A stretch of 64,000 nt of DNA, taken from the IMG/VR virus record IMGVR_UViG_3300044646_002092, positions 52,445-116,444 of that record. One strand, given 5' to 3'. This DNA is from a virus. Below, one piece after another: positions 38,983 to 47,700 of the stretch (position 1 is the stretch's first letter; every line of letters begins with the position of its first letter). The position numbers and the translations under genes were made by a program. The notes beneath the pieces are model-generated. The model was not told the DNA's origin and ran no database searches. It saw only the letters and a list, made by a program, of their open reading frames with translations.

Positions 38983-39126
38983 ATGCGTCCTGATAAGTCA
39001 AAACGTCTAAATGCAAAGTTATCTGCCAAAAGACATGAAAAATTGTCGAAATATGCAGAGTCCCAAGATAAAGATATGACATCCGTTATCGAGTCGTGGA
39101 TTGATTCTCTCCCCAACGTAGAATAA
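38983..39126 (+). CDS. Small ribbon-helix-helix-type DNA-binding protein (copy 1, 47 aa)
   Basis: MRPDKSKRLNAKLSAKRHEKLSKYAESQDKDMTSVIESWIDSLPNVE; true start ATG 38983. Confidence 0.75.
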   Translation: MRPDKSKRLNAKLSAKRHEKLSKYAESQDKDMTSVIESWIDSLPNVE

Positions 39127-39872
39127 TGACCGATTCCCTATTCCCCAAAGTTGACGGGCATGAGTTCCTTGCACCAAGAAATTCTGTCGGAGTGCCATTC
39201 GAGACGCTGTTCGCCGCCGAGGATAATTCACTTCACCAGAAACTTAACGGTTCCTACGATAAGTACTTCCCCCTCTATGTCCTAACAAATATTCAAGGTT
39301 CTAAGACCGACTACCGCCCAAGTATCAACCTAATTAATGCCACTGGCACTGAAACGAAGCTGAAAGGAGTGATGACCCCGACAATATATAAGGAAAAGAT
39401 AAATAGGCGCGAGGTGGGTCGAAAAAACGATGTTCACCCTATACTCGGCAATAAAAATTTGGCATTAAACAGAATTTACTATCGTGAATTTCTAATACCC
39501 AAGCTCGACCCTCGATATTCTCTGATTATTGATGGCAAATTCATAACAAACACAATTCAAAAGCCAGCCGAACAATTCACAGATATCTCAGTAAGCCCTA
39601 GCAGTGTCTTCGAGCCATTTGCCAAGGGAAGTCTTGTAAAGTACTCTGGTAACTACTGGAGATGTCTAGAGCCTACCAAAGCTTACCCAAGCAGTGAGAA
39701 TACGAGCTGGAAACAACTACCACAGCAACAATCAATTTTCACTGCGGATATCTATTCAATTTTTGGTAGTAATGTACAATTTCTGCAAACTTATACCGAA
39801 GACCGCACTTTTAGACCAGAACAACAAGATACCTCTTTGGTTACATATAATGTTTCGTGTTTTTATGGTTAG
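39126..39872 (+). CDS. Hypothetical protein with a CBM5/12-like segment
   Basis: FAKGSLVKYSGNYWRCL......PS.....W. Confidence 0.6.
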   Translation: MTDSLFPKVDGHEFLAPRNSVGVPFETLFAAEDNSLHQKLNGSYDKYFPLYVLTNIQGSKTDYRPSINLINATGTETKLKGVMTPTIYKEKINRREVGRKNDVHPILGNKNLALNRIYYREFLIPKLDPRYSLIIDGKFITNTIQKPAEQFTDISVSPSSVFEPFAKGSLVKYSGNYWRCLEPTKAYPSSENTSWKQLPQQQSIFTADIYSIFGSNVQFLQTYTEDRTFRPEQQDTSLVTYNVSCFYG

Positions 39873-40279
39873 ATAGTAATAGGATAAACCGTCCAACAGT
39901 AGTGTAGGTACTGGGGAGTTGTATAAGCCTTAATCAAACAACCCCATCTACCACATCCATAAATTTATTAAGTAAAAAATGAACATCTTATTTATTCTGC
40001 TAGCTGGCGAATCTTGAGTCTGCCTTACAGCACTGGGGATTTACTAAAGGTGGCTGCGAAGATGAAGGAATTTATTGGTATTCACAAGTTTTAGATAGAG
40101 TATTAAATGTGGCAGAATTTCACGATGGAGTATACCTATCTTCTAAGACTAGTAGCGATTTAATACCTAATTATCATGCTTTTCCTCATATTTTGCGACG
40201 TAGAGTAAGTTTGCTGATGTCAAATCATACTATTAGACCAATGTTTACCTCTTAAGATGGATATACATACGTCTATTTT

Positions 40280-40289
40280 GTGTTATATT
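40280..40289 (+). promoter_or_regulatory. Extended -10 promoter for the tRNA cluster
   Basis: GTGTTATATT, 7 nt upstream of tRNA-Met. Confidence 0.55.
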
Positions 40290-40296
40290 AGTAATC

Positions 40297-40371
40297 GGCG
40301 GGATGGAGCAGTCTGGTTAGCTTGCGAGGCTCATAACCTTGAGGTCGATAGTTCAAATCTATCTCCCGCCA
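40297..40371 (+). tRNA. tRNA-Met (CAT)
   Basis: Acceptor stem GGCGGGA/TCCCGCC, anticodon loop CT-CAT-AA, T-loop TTCAAAT. Confidence 0.9.
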
Positions 40372-40377
40372 TAACAC

Positions 40378-40592
40378 CCTTCCGAGTGTCTCGGATTGCT
40401 TAGTGAAAGTGGCAGTTTCAACACTGCGCTTAGCCGTATAAAGGCTAGGCTCCTACAGGTGGTCATGGAAACTAACACTGGTGTTTACGATAAGAGCTAC
40501 ATTACGTGAGTATGTAGAGTTGGGGCTGGTAATACTACAGGCTGTCAGTGGTTTCAAGAACGGTTGTAACACAGTTGAGAGCTGACCTCTTA
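40378..40592 (+). ncRNA. Unassigned multi-helix structured RNA
   Basis: At least six readable helices and no ORF; details in findings. Confidence 0.6.
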
Positions 40593-40600
40593 TTTAACTT

Positions 40601-40671
40601 GCGGTTATGGTATAAAGGAATTATTCTTGGCTTCCACCCAAGAGATGAGATATCGTAATTCTCTAACCGCT
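40601..40671 (+). tRNA. tRNA-Gly (TCC), atypical T-loop
   Basis: GCGGTTA/TAACCGC acceptor; CTTGG-CT-TCC-AC-CCAAG. Confidence 0.8.
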
Positions 40672-40674
40672 TAA

Positions 40675-40747
40675 TCCTCTATAGCTCAGTTGGTAGAGCG
40701 TCGCGCTGTTAACGCGAATGTCCTTAGTTCGAGTCTAAGTGGAGGAG
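40675..40747 (+). tRNA. tRNA-Asn (GTT)
   Basis: TCCTCTA/TGGAGGA acceptor; TCGCG-CT-GTT-AA-CGCGA; canonical D and T arms. Confidence 0.92.
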
Positions 40748-40750
40748 TTT

Positions 40751-40821
40751 GGGTCATTAGCTCATGGGTAGAGCATCTGGCTTTTAACCAGACCAAGACG
40801 ATTCGAGCGCGTCATGACCCT
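40751..40821 (+). tRNA. tRNA-Lys (TTT), atypical T-arm
   Basis: GGGTCAT/ATGACCC acceptor; TCTGG-CT-TTT-AA-CCAGA. Confidence 0.85.
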
Positions 40822-40898
40822 TTGTGATTAGCTCAGTGGATTAGAGCATTCCCCTTCTAAGGGAAGAGTCGTTGGTTCGAGTCCAACATCACAAGCCA
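40822..40898 (+). tRNA. tRNA-Arg (TCT) with encoded CCA
   Basis: TTGTGAT/ATCACAA acceptor; TTCCC-CT-TCT-AA-GGGAA. Confidence 0.92.
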
Positions 40899-40901
40899 AA
40901 T

Positions 40902-40973
40902 GGCTCTCTAGCATAATGGTATTGCAGCTCTCCTGTAAAGAGCAGATTGTCAGTTCGACTCTGACGGGAGCCT
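40902..40973 (+). tRNA. tRNA-Thr (TGT)?, with C33 in place of U33
   Basis: GGCTCTC/GGGAGCC acceptor; the perfect stem GCTCT/AGAGC encloses CC-TGT-AA. Confidence 0.65.
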
Positions 40974-41015
40974 TAAATTTTCGCGCTATACTAAGTAAAA
41001 CACGGGAATTATATT

Positions 41016-41279
41016 ATGTATTACGCCGCACTCTTAGTATTTGTTGCATTAGTCGTATTTTTTGCTACTCCAGCCTTGAAAAAAAGCGACGATAATCCAA
41101 CTCCTCTAGACTTTCGAGAGATTCAGTATAAACTGGGCTTCCCTAAAACTGGTGGTCAAGGAGGAGGAAGTAGATACACTCCCCCTAAACGCAAGCCTCC
41201 TGAAAGAACTCAACCTACAGGAAGTCGCGTTGAAGATGAAGTTGTAACCAACCCTGAAAATAAACAAGGGAAAAACTAG
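41016..41279 (+). CDS. Small membrane-anchored protein
   Basis: N-terminal TM segment (AALLVFVALVVFFA); extended -10 GCGCTATACT at 40983. Confidence 0.6.
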   Translation: MYYAALLVFVALVVFFATPALKKSDDNPTPLDFREIQYKLGFPKTGGQGGGSRYTPPKRKPPERTQPTGSRVEDEVVTNPENKQGKN

Positions 41280-41336
41280 TCCAAAAAACCATTGGGGAAG
41301 AAAGTTTCGTCCGACACTCCAAATTAATTCTTAATA

Positions 41337-43232
41337 CTAAAAAAATCCTGAAGGAAATAGGCTAGGTTCTTGACTCATTCTCAGTTTCTGCTCTGGATTA
41401 GGTGAACGCACAAGTATAGACTCGGTATCACTAGCTGCTATCGGTCTATACCCAATATTGAAACTACTGACGCTACTACCGCCCAAAGCTCCAAGAATTT
41501 GCGTATATATTGCTATGTACGCATTTTGTCTATTATTTGGGTTAGTGCTATCAGGAGACGAGAAACTTGGCGCTAAACTAAAACTAGGAGCCGAAGGCAC
41601 AACAGAATTGTCGTAAAAACGGTCGCCAGACGATGAACTTGACCCTATGCGCTCTGGGTTGACTTGATAGTAGTAACAGCCTTCGTGAGAAAAAAGCGGA
41701 GGCATACTATATCTTAAAACAAAGCTAAACTCTCCTCGACGAATAGGGAAGTAGCCAGTCTCAGGATTTGGCGGCGCATCCCAAGTTGTTATAACTTGAT
41801 TTGGTAATGTTTTGAATAGTTCTCCATAAGGCGCACTACCCTCTACAAATAATGTTGATTTTCTCTCTAAGCCTGTAGCTCTATCAACAAAAAATGTGTA
41901 TTGATTCTTAGTTAAAGGATATACATCAAGAATTTGCCCATAAGCCCACCAATACTTATATTGCCACTCATAACTGACACCACGTTTACCTACAGAGCTT
42001 TTTATTTCGTATGGATGATTTATTTTTCCTTCTGCCGTACCCATATCTAGTCGCAGGAGATTTGCACCTTCTTTTGAAGCTGCAAGTACACCAAAAGGAT
42101 TAGGTCGAATTACATTTGATTTCTGAGAATACTTTTGCAAACTAAATCTAGCTTGGTCAGTGCCGTAGTCAGGTGATTGACGAGGAGAAAATAAAGTATA
42201 GTTAGTATTTCCTACATAAGTCGCATCTGAATTGCAAAACTCAGTAATATTTTTTTCTGTCAGCAACGCAGATTGCCTTGGACGTAATACAAGTTCAAGA
42301 TTATAATCTGAAATTCTGTTGTGGACTATAACTCCAGTATTTTCCAATAACTTGTCATCATTACTAACAGAGTATCTTCTCCACCTATATCTGAGTACTG
42401 ATTGACCTCTGCACCAAGTATAGGAATAAGTAGGGGTGACACTGTATGACACAACAGTAAAATTGACACCATTAACAGTTGAGATTTTTTTATAGCGCTC
42501 ATCACTAGCTGGAGCTACCCCTTCAATGGGTATTCTATCTTCTGGGTCAATTACCATACAAGCCCAGATGCCTCCACCAAGATAGTTTAAGTTATCTAGA
42601 GAGAAGTTTGATTTAAAGCACTTTGGCAGTCCTACTGTATCAAGATTTAGTTGATAAATAGTCCTCTCCCCAATATTGATTCCGTCATTTTGAGGTGAGA
42701 TGTCCGAATTATCGATGCTAACTAAAGTCCAATCTACCTCCTTAAGACCATCTTGCTTATTTTTGGTAGATTTTACATATGCAATGTGAGCAGACCATCC
42801 TTCTCGATTGGATGAATTGGCTGAGACGTATGCGCGTATCTGAGTCTGGTAACTATCACAGAAAAAAGTATAGATTGGTTCATTAGTGCCCCTTAAATCC
42901 TCATCAATATACACAGAAAAATAATTAATAAGTTCACCATCAGACTCTGGGAACTTAACAGGAGCTGGCAGAGGAAACTTAGCAAGTATGGCGCTTTTTT
43001 CGAGGTTGGTTTGAGTTATTCTTAGACGCGAAATCGCCGTGGTTAAGGGAAGTCCCGTAAGTCTACGAACTGTGATGAGTTTGAATAGCGACTCATTCGG
43101 TGTCCTTTGCTTATTCCGTTTTTGTACCTTAGTGTCAACCGTTGATTGATTTGAGACTAAAATCCACTCGGAAGTTTGCGAGTCCCTCAGATATACGCGA
43201 CCCGCATTATCCCTTTTAACAAATCTTCCCAT
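41337..43232 (-). CDS. Hypothetical protein (631 aa), probably virion-associated
   Basis: Long ORF coupled to 43233..43628. Confidence 0.65.
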   Translation of the reverse strand: MGRFVKRDNAGRVYLRDSQTSEWILVSNQSTVDTKVQKRNKQRTPNESLFKLITVRRLTGLPLTTAISRLRITQTNLEKSAILAKFPLPAPVKFPESDGELINYFSVYIDEDLRGTNEPIYTFFCDSYQTQIRAYVSANSSNREGWSAHIAYVKSTKNKQDGLKEVDWTLVSIDNSDISPQNDGINIGERTIYQLNLDTVGLPKCFKSNFSLDNLNYLGGGIWACMVIDPEDRIPIEGVAPASDERYKKISTVNGVNFTVVSYSVTPTYSYTWCRGQSVLRYRWRRYSVSNDDKLLENTGVIVHNRISDYNLELVLRPRQSALLTEKNITEFCNSDATYVGNTNYTLFSPRQSPDYGTDQARFSLQKYSQKSNVIRPNPFGVLAASKEGANLLRLDMGTAEGKINHPYEIKSSVGKRGVSYEWQYKYWWAYGQILDVYPLTKNQYTFFVDRATGLERKSTLFVEGSAPYGELFKTLPNQVITTWDAPPNPETGYFPIRRGEFSFVLRYSMPPLFSHEGCYYYQVNPERIGSSSSSGDRFYDNSVVPSAPSFSLAPSFSSPDSTNPNNRQNAYIAIYTQILGALGGSSVSSFNIGYRPIAASDTESILVRSPNPEQKLRMSQEPSLFPSGFF

Positions 43233-43628
43233 TTAGAAATTTACAAAGTGCTGGAAATTACTACTGAAGCCGCCGTACTGACCAACCTGAGCATTTTGTT
43301 GACTTTTCCAGTTACCAACACTAGTTTTTCGACGAATCACACCGTTTGCGTCATAGAACTCATCTGGGGCAAGAGGTTTTTGAGGATTTCTAGGTGCTTG
43401 TTGCTTACTCATACCACGACCCACGCTGGCGCTTGCAATTGCCTCCTGCCTGTTCAAGCTAGGAGGAGCATTCTGCACTACTGCTGCCCTCTGGTCACGA
43501 GTCAGCGATAAAGGAGAAGCGTTTAAGGGAGAATTTCCCCAAGTCGGCACGTTGGGTTGTTGAGGCTTAAATGCTTGACGTAGTTGAGAGGCTTTGTTTG
43601 AAATTGTTGGTAGAAATGTTTGTGGCAT
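43233..43628 (-). CDS. Q/P/N-rich disordered protein ending in FQHFVNF
   Basis: C-terminal motif resembles the HFANF tag. Confidence 0.6.
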   Translation of the reverse strand: MPQTFLPTISNKASQLRQAFKPQQPNVPTWGNSPLNASPLSLTRDQRAAVVQNAPPSLNRQEAIASASVGRGMSKQQAPRNPQKPLAPDEFYDANGVIRRKTSVGNWKSQQNAQVGQYGGFSSNFQHFVNF

Positions 43629-43652
43629 TGTAGTTAGTTACTCTTTTATATT

Positions 43653-43799
43653 TTAGTTTAACACTTTGACTTCTGGAAGACTATCAATCCAATCTTCAAA
43701 AAGAACCGTCATAGCTCTGTCCCTTGATTCGGCATAGTTTTTCAGCTTAGTCATACGTTTCTCTGATAAAGTAGCGTTAAATCTTTTATCTTTACTCAT
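43653..43799 (-). CDS. Small ribbon-helix-helix-type DNA-binding protein (copy 2, 48 aa)
   Basis: Translated manually: MSKDKRFNATLSEKRMTKLKNYAESRDRAMTVLFEDWIDSLPEVKVLN; not in the ORF track. Confidence 0.75.
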   Translation of the reverse strand: MSKDKRFNATLSEKRMTKLKNYAESRDRAMTVLFEDWIDSLPEVKVLN

Positions 43800-43856
43800 G
43801 ATTGGTGTCAATGTTATGTTATAGTTTAATTATAACTTATAAATAGAAATTACACA

Positions 43857-44726
43857 ATGAGTGATACTTGGATACTTTATCAGACCACAAATTTGGTTAA
43901 CGGTAAAATTTATGTAGGGGTGCATAAATTGGCTGATACTAGCTATTCTAGAAGCTACCTTGGTAGTGGCTGTGCTTTAAAACCAGCTATCGAAAAATAT
44001 GGGAAAGAAAATTTTAGAAGGGCTACACTGGCAGAGTTCTCTTGTGCTAAAGATGCTTACGAAGCCGAGACTCAAATGGTTACTGAGGAGTTTTGCAATC
44101 GAAAAAATACTTATAATCTAAGAATAGGTGGTGAAGGCGGTATTTTCACAGAAGAAGCTAGAGTTAAAATGAGTGCGGCAGCTAAAGGAAAACAACACAC
44201 GCCTGAAACTAGAGCAAAAATGAGTGCTTCACATAAGGGAAAAATAATAACGGCTGAAGCTAAGGCTAAAATTGGCGCGGCTTCTAAAGGGAACAAACAT
44301 CGGTTAGGTAGTGTTGCTTCATTAGAGACAAGAGCAAAAATGAGTGCTTCTCAAAAAGGTAGAACTGCAAGCGAAGAAACTAAAATTAAGCTCAGCAATG
44401 CAGCTAAAGGAAGAGTACTTAGCGAGGAACATAAAGCAAAATTAAGTGCCTTACGCACAGGTAGAACTACAAGTGCTGAAACTAAAAATAAAATGAGTAT
44501 TGCTAATGGTAGACCTGTTGTACTGCATGGTAAATACTACACATCGAGCAAAAAAGCTGCTAAAATCAATGAAATAGCTCACACTACTTTACGATGGAGG
44601 CTCAATAATCCTTCTCTTAACTGGATAGAATGGCGCTATGCTACAGAAGAAGAAGTTGCTAACTTTTTGAGAGAGGGAGTTGCGGAGGTTCAAAATTTGT
44701 TTGATAACGTTGTGCGCCATACGTGA
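43857..44726 (+). CDS. GIY-YIG homing endonuclease with NUMOD3 repeats (copy 2)
   Basis: ILYQTTN..NGKIYVGVH...YLGSG...AIEKYGKENF; HTPETRAKMS repeats; 3' end overlaps the convergent fibre gene. Confidence 0.9.
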   Translation: MSDTWILYQTTNLVNGKIYVGVHKLADTSYSRSYLGSGCALKPAIEKYGKENFRRATLAEFSCAKDAYEAETQMVTEEFCNRKNTYNLRIGGEGGIFTEEARVKMSAAAKGKQHTPETRAKMSASHKGKIITAEAKAKIGAASKGNKHRLGSVASLETRAKMSASQKGRTASEETKIKLSNAAKGRVLSEEHKAKLSALRTGRTTSAETKNKMSIANGRPVVLHGKYYTSSKKAAKINEIAHTTLRWRLNNPSLNWIEWRYATEEEVANFLREGVAEVQNLFDNVVRHT

Positions 44727-47700
44727 TTCTGAACGACTGAATGTAACCTGAAAAATTGGTAATTGCATAGCCAATATTCAAAGTTTCTGTCCAATCCATG
44801 TTAGTATTCTTTAATTTATCGGTCAAAACTCCATCTATATAAAGTTTTGTAGTTTTATTAGTTGCAGAATTAACCAGAGCAACGTGAAACCACTGCTTAG
44901 CCTCAATTTCAGCTATAGCGGGACTTGTGTAGTTTGGTTGACCCTTATAACACCTCAACGTCGCCTCATCATTGAACGCAAATATCTTAGGTGAAGTTGC
45001 CCCACTGGAAAGAATGCCTTGAAGGATGCTATCAGAATTATATGTACTGCTAGAAGAGGTTACATCACCTACTATTGGCTCTGGAATATACTCAATCGCA
45101 TTTGTCACATCTCCAATTGAAATATTGTTACTACGAGTAAACACTCCTGAAACTGCTTGAATACTTGTATTAAATGTGCTTGATAACGACGAATAAACGC
45201 GATACCCAACAGCACCAATTTTTTTCTGCCATTCCGCAACAAATCCTTTTTCTGCCTTAACCCTATTTGGCTCTACAATAGGTGACTCAATTGCTGAATT
45301 TGTAGCAACCAAAACACTATTAACATCTCCGACCAACTTATTATCAAATCCATCTAATTTGGTAGAAAAATCAGATGTCTGAGAAACATCGACTATATAA
45401 TCTGTGGCTCCTTCAACATCACTCCAACTAATATCAAATGAAGTAGGTGTGACCGACGATGCAGGACTTGCGACAGGAGCAGAAAGAGAGAAGGTAGTAA
45501 GGGAGGGTAGGTAAATATAAAATTCAATGCAGTAGTCTTGGTTTGCACTAATTGGTTGTGATAAATTTGCCACAATACTGCTGCCTTGACCATCAAATTT
45601 CATCGATTTAAGTAAACCCGTAGGATATGTATCTGCTACTACCGATACATTATTTATTGCTAAAACGCAGTCATGTAAGCTCTCATCGATAATAGTTCCT
45701 GTTGTAGTAGCTTGAATGAAGAGCAGTAAATTGTTGTAGTAGGGGTCGGGTAAATAAGCAGGGACTACTGCTGTACGAGTCAATACATTGGAGGCTTGAT
45801 TAGGTGTCCCAATTGCAGAATTGACAGAATTAGCCAAAACTGCTAAGCTAAAATCTCCGCTTGCGTTAGCTTGCACTTCAAAATTGAAAACGTTGTTATT
45901 ACTTGCTTTTATTAATCCTCCTACAACACAGTTAGTGAGAGTGAGGGCATCAAGCCCGAACGCTGGAGCATCTTTGTTTAGTGTAGCTGTTGCATAGAGC
46001 TTATAACTGTTGTCATTGGGCTGCGTAGTCGATAAAACAATAGTAAATGGACTATTCTCTATGAATACTGAAGTTCCATTTGTCGTCGATGTGAAATTTT
46101 TGTTCGGTAAGCTTGGCTCATCATGAATAACAATGTTGAAATACACTTGTTGGTCAATAGTCTCGTTGACGAGAAGAGTAGCAACATAGGTATTGTATTG
46201 GGTGTTAGTAACCGTTGCAGTCTTACCTAAAATCGTTACTACAGGCAAATTTGTAAGCTCGATAATACTATTGAAGGTCAAAGACAGTGTATTGCCGTTG
46301 ACAGCCTTATTTGGCACATTATTATCTGATACCAAAGAAATATAGTCAAGCAGTTCACTAACATCAAGGATATTTGTTACTTGGCTGTAAGGAATCAGTG
46401 GTACATCATGTTGGTAAGCTGTATAGAGGGCTTTACCTACAGTAAGTCGAAGATTCGACAGAAAATAAGGAGCCTGAGTTACTCGGTTTTTATAATATCC
46501 AACTTTGAGCGCTCCACTTGAGATATTTAGGAATGTAGACGACCCCACAAGTCCAATACGAACTCCATTACGATAAAAGCGGTATACGTTGCCTTTTTTG
46601 GTAATTGCAAAGTGTGGAAATTTCTGTTGCAGGGTGTATGCACCATTCTCATAAGCTGGGTAGATAGGATTTCCGCTTGAGAAGATATCAGATTCCCGCA
46701 AAGTAACCGCAGGGAACAAGTTGCTCGTCAGGTCAATGCTACGAACTACCTGAATATTTCCATTAACAGCCAATACTGCAAAGCCTGTACCTGCTTTTTC
46801 TACAGAAAAGAGATGTGTAGTGTTCTGAGGGCTGTAAGTGTTGCCTCGATAATGAAACTCGATAGTCCAATCACCATTCATCACTAAAGATGAACCTTGA
46901 CCAATCGCCTCGAAGTTATCATACGTTAATCCAGACTGCTCTAATTGAGGCACTACGGCAAGAGAGCTATTTGTGCCTATAGGGAAGACTGTAGAGCTAA
47001 ATAACGTGTTGTTGGGTACAATTTCGCTAAGTTGGTAAGCATTTGGCGAAACATCATAGAAAGTATTGGAGAGGTCAAGAGGTAATTGCAAAATAGGGAA
47101 GGCTTCGGCGTAAATTCTTGCAAGCAAGTTACTTTTTGAGGAGCTAATTGCACCATCGGTAATGCCAGCACCTTCAATAGCCTGAACGTATACCACACCT
47201 TGTTTTTCGGGTGTAACGTTGAATTGATATGTCTGCGTTACTTCATCAATTAAAACTAGATTGGAAAGAACTCCATTGCTCACCCCAACCTTAGTAATAT
47301 CGAAAGTCTCAATAGCTGCATCCCAAGTAAGAGTACAAGTAAAAGTTTCATTGATATAAGGGCTTGAACCGCTAGTAATAGTTGGTACAGGGGCATTTTT
47401 GTTTATAACATAAGATTGTCCCTGAAAACTCAATTCGCCAATGTAGTTTGAGATGAGTGTGTTGATACCCTTATACCTCACCGTTCGCCTATCTACAAAA
47501 TTCAGCCCAAGTTTACCATTGCCAGTTCCAGTATCAGCCGTTACAACATATTCAAGCTCGTTATTTTTATCTATGGTTATTAGAGAAGCGCCTGACACGC
47601 CTTCTATCTGAGTAAGGCTAAAATCAGCCAAAACTAAACTATCGACTGCCTGAGCAACGTAAACATACCACTGACAAGTACCTGTACTGATAGAGGGGTT

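Noticed and set aside
40522-40592. GGGGCTG as a tmRNA 5' end
   Set aside because: No GGTTTCGAC-type D-loop in register, no tag ORF and no matching TPsiC-CCA acceptor half found.
40902-40973. Reading this tRNA as Tyr (GTA)
   Set aside because: That register gives only a 3-bp anticodon stem, and there is no long variable arm.
25131-43845. TATAAATA (near 25131, 25660, 43838) as T4-type late promoters
   Set aside because: Few instances in an AT-rich genome, one points at no gene, and they are absent before most structural genes; not supportable.
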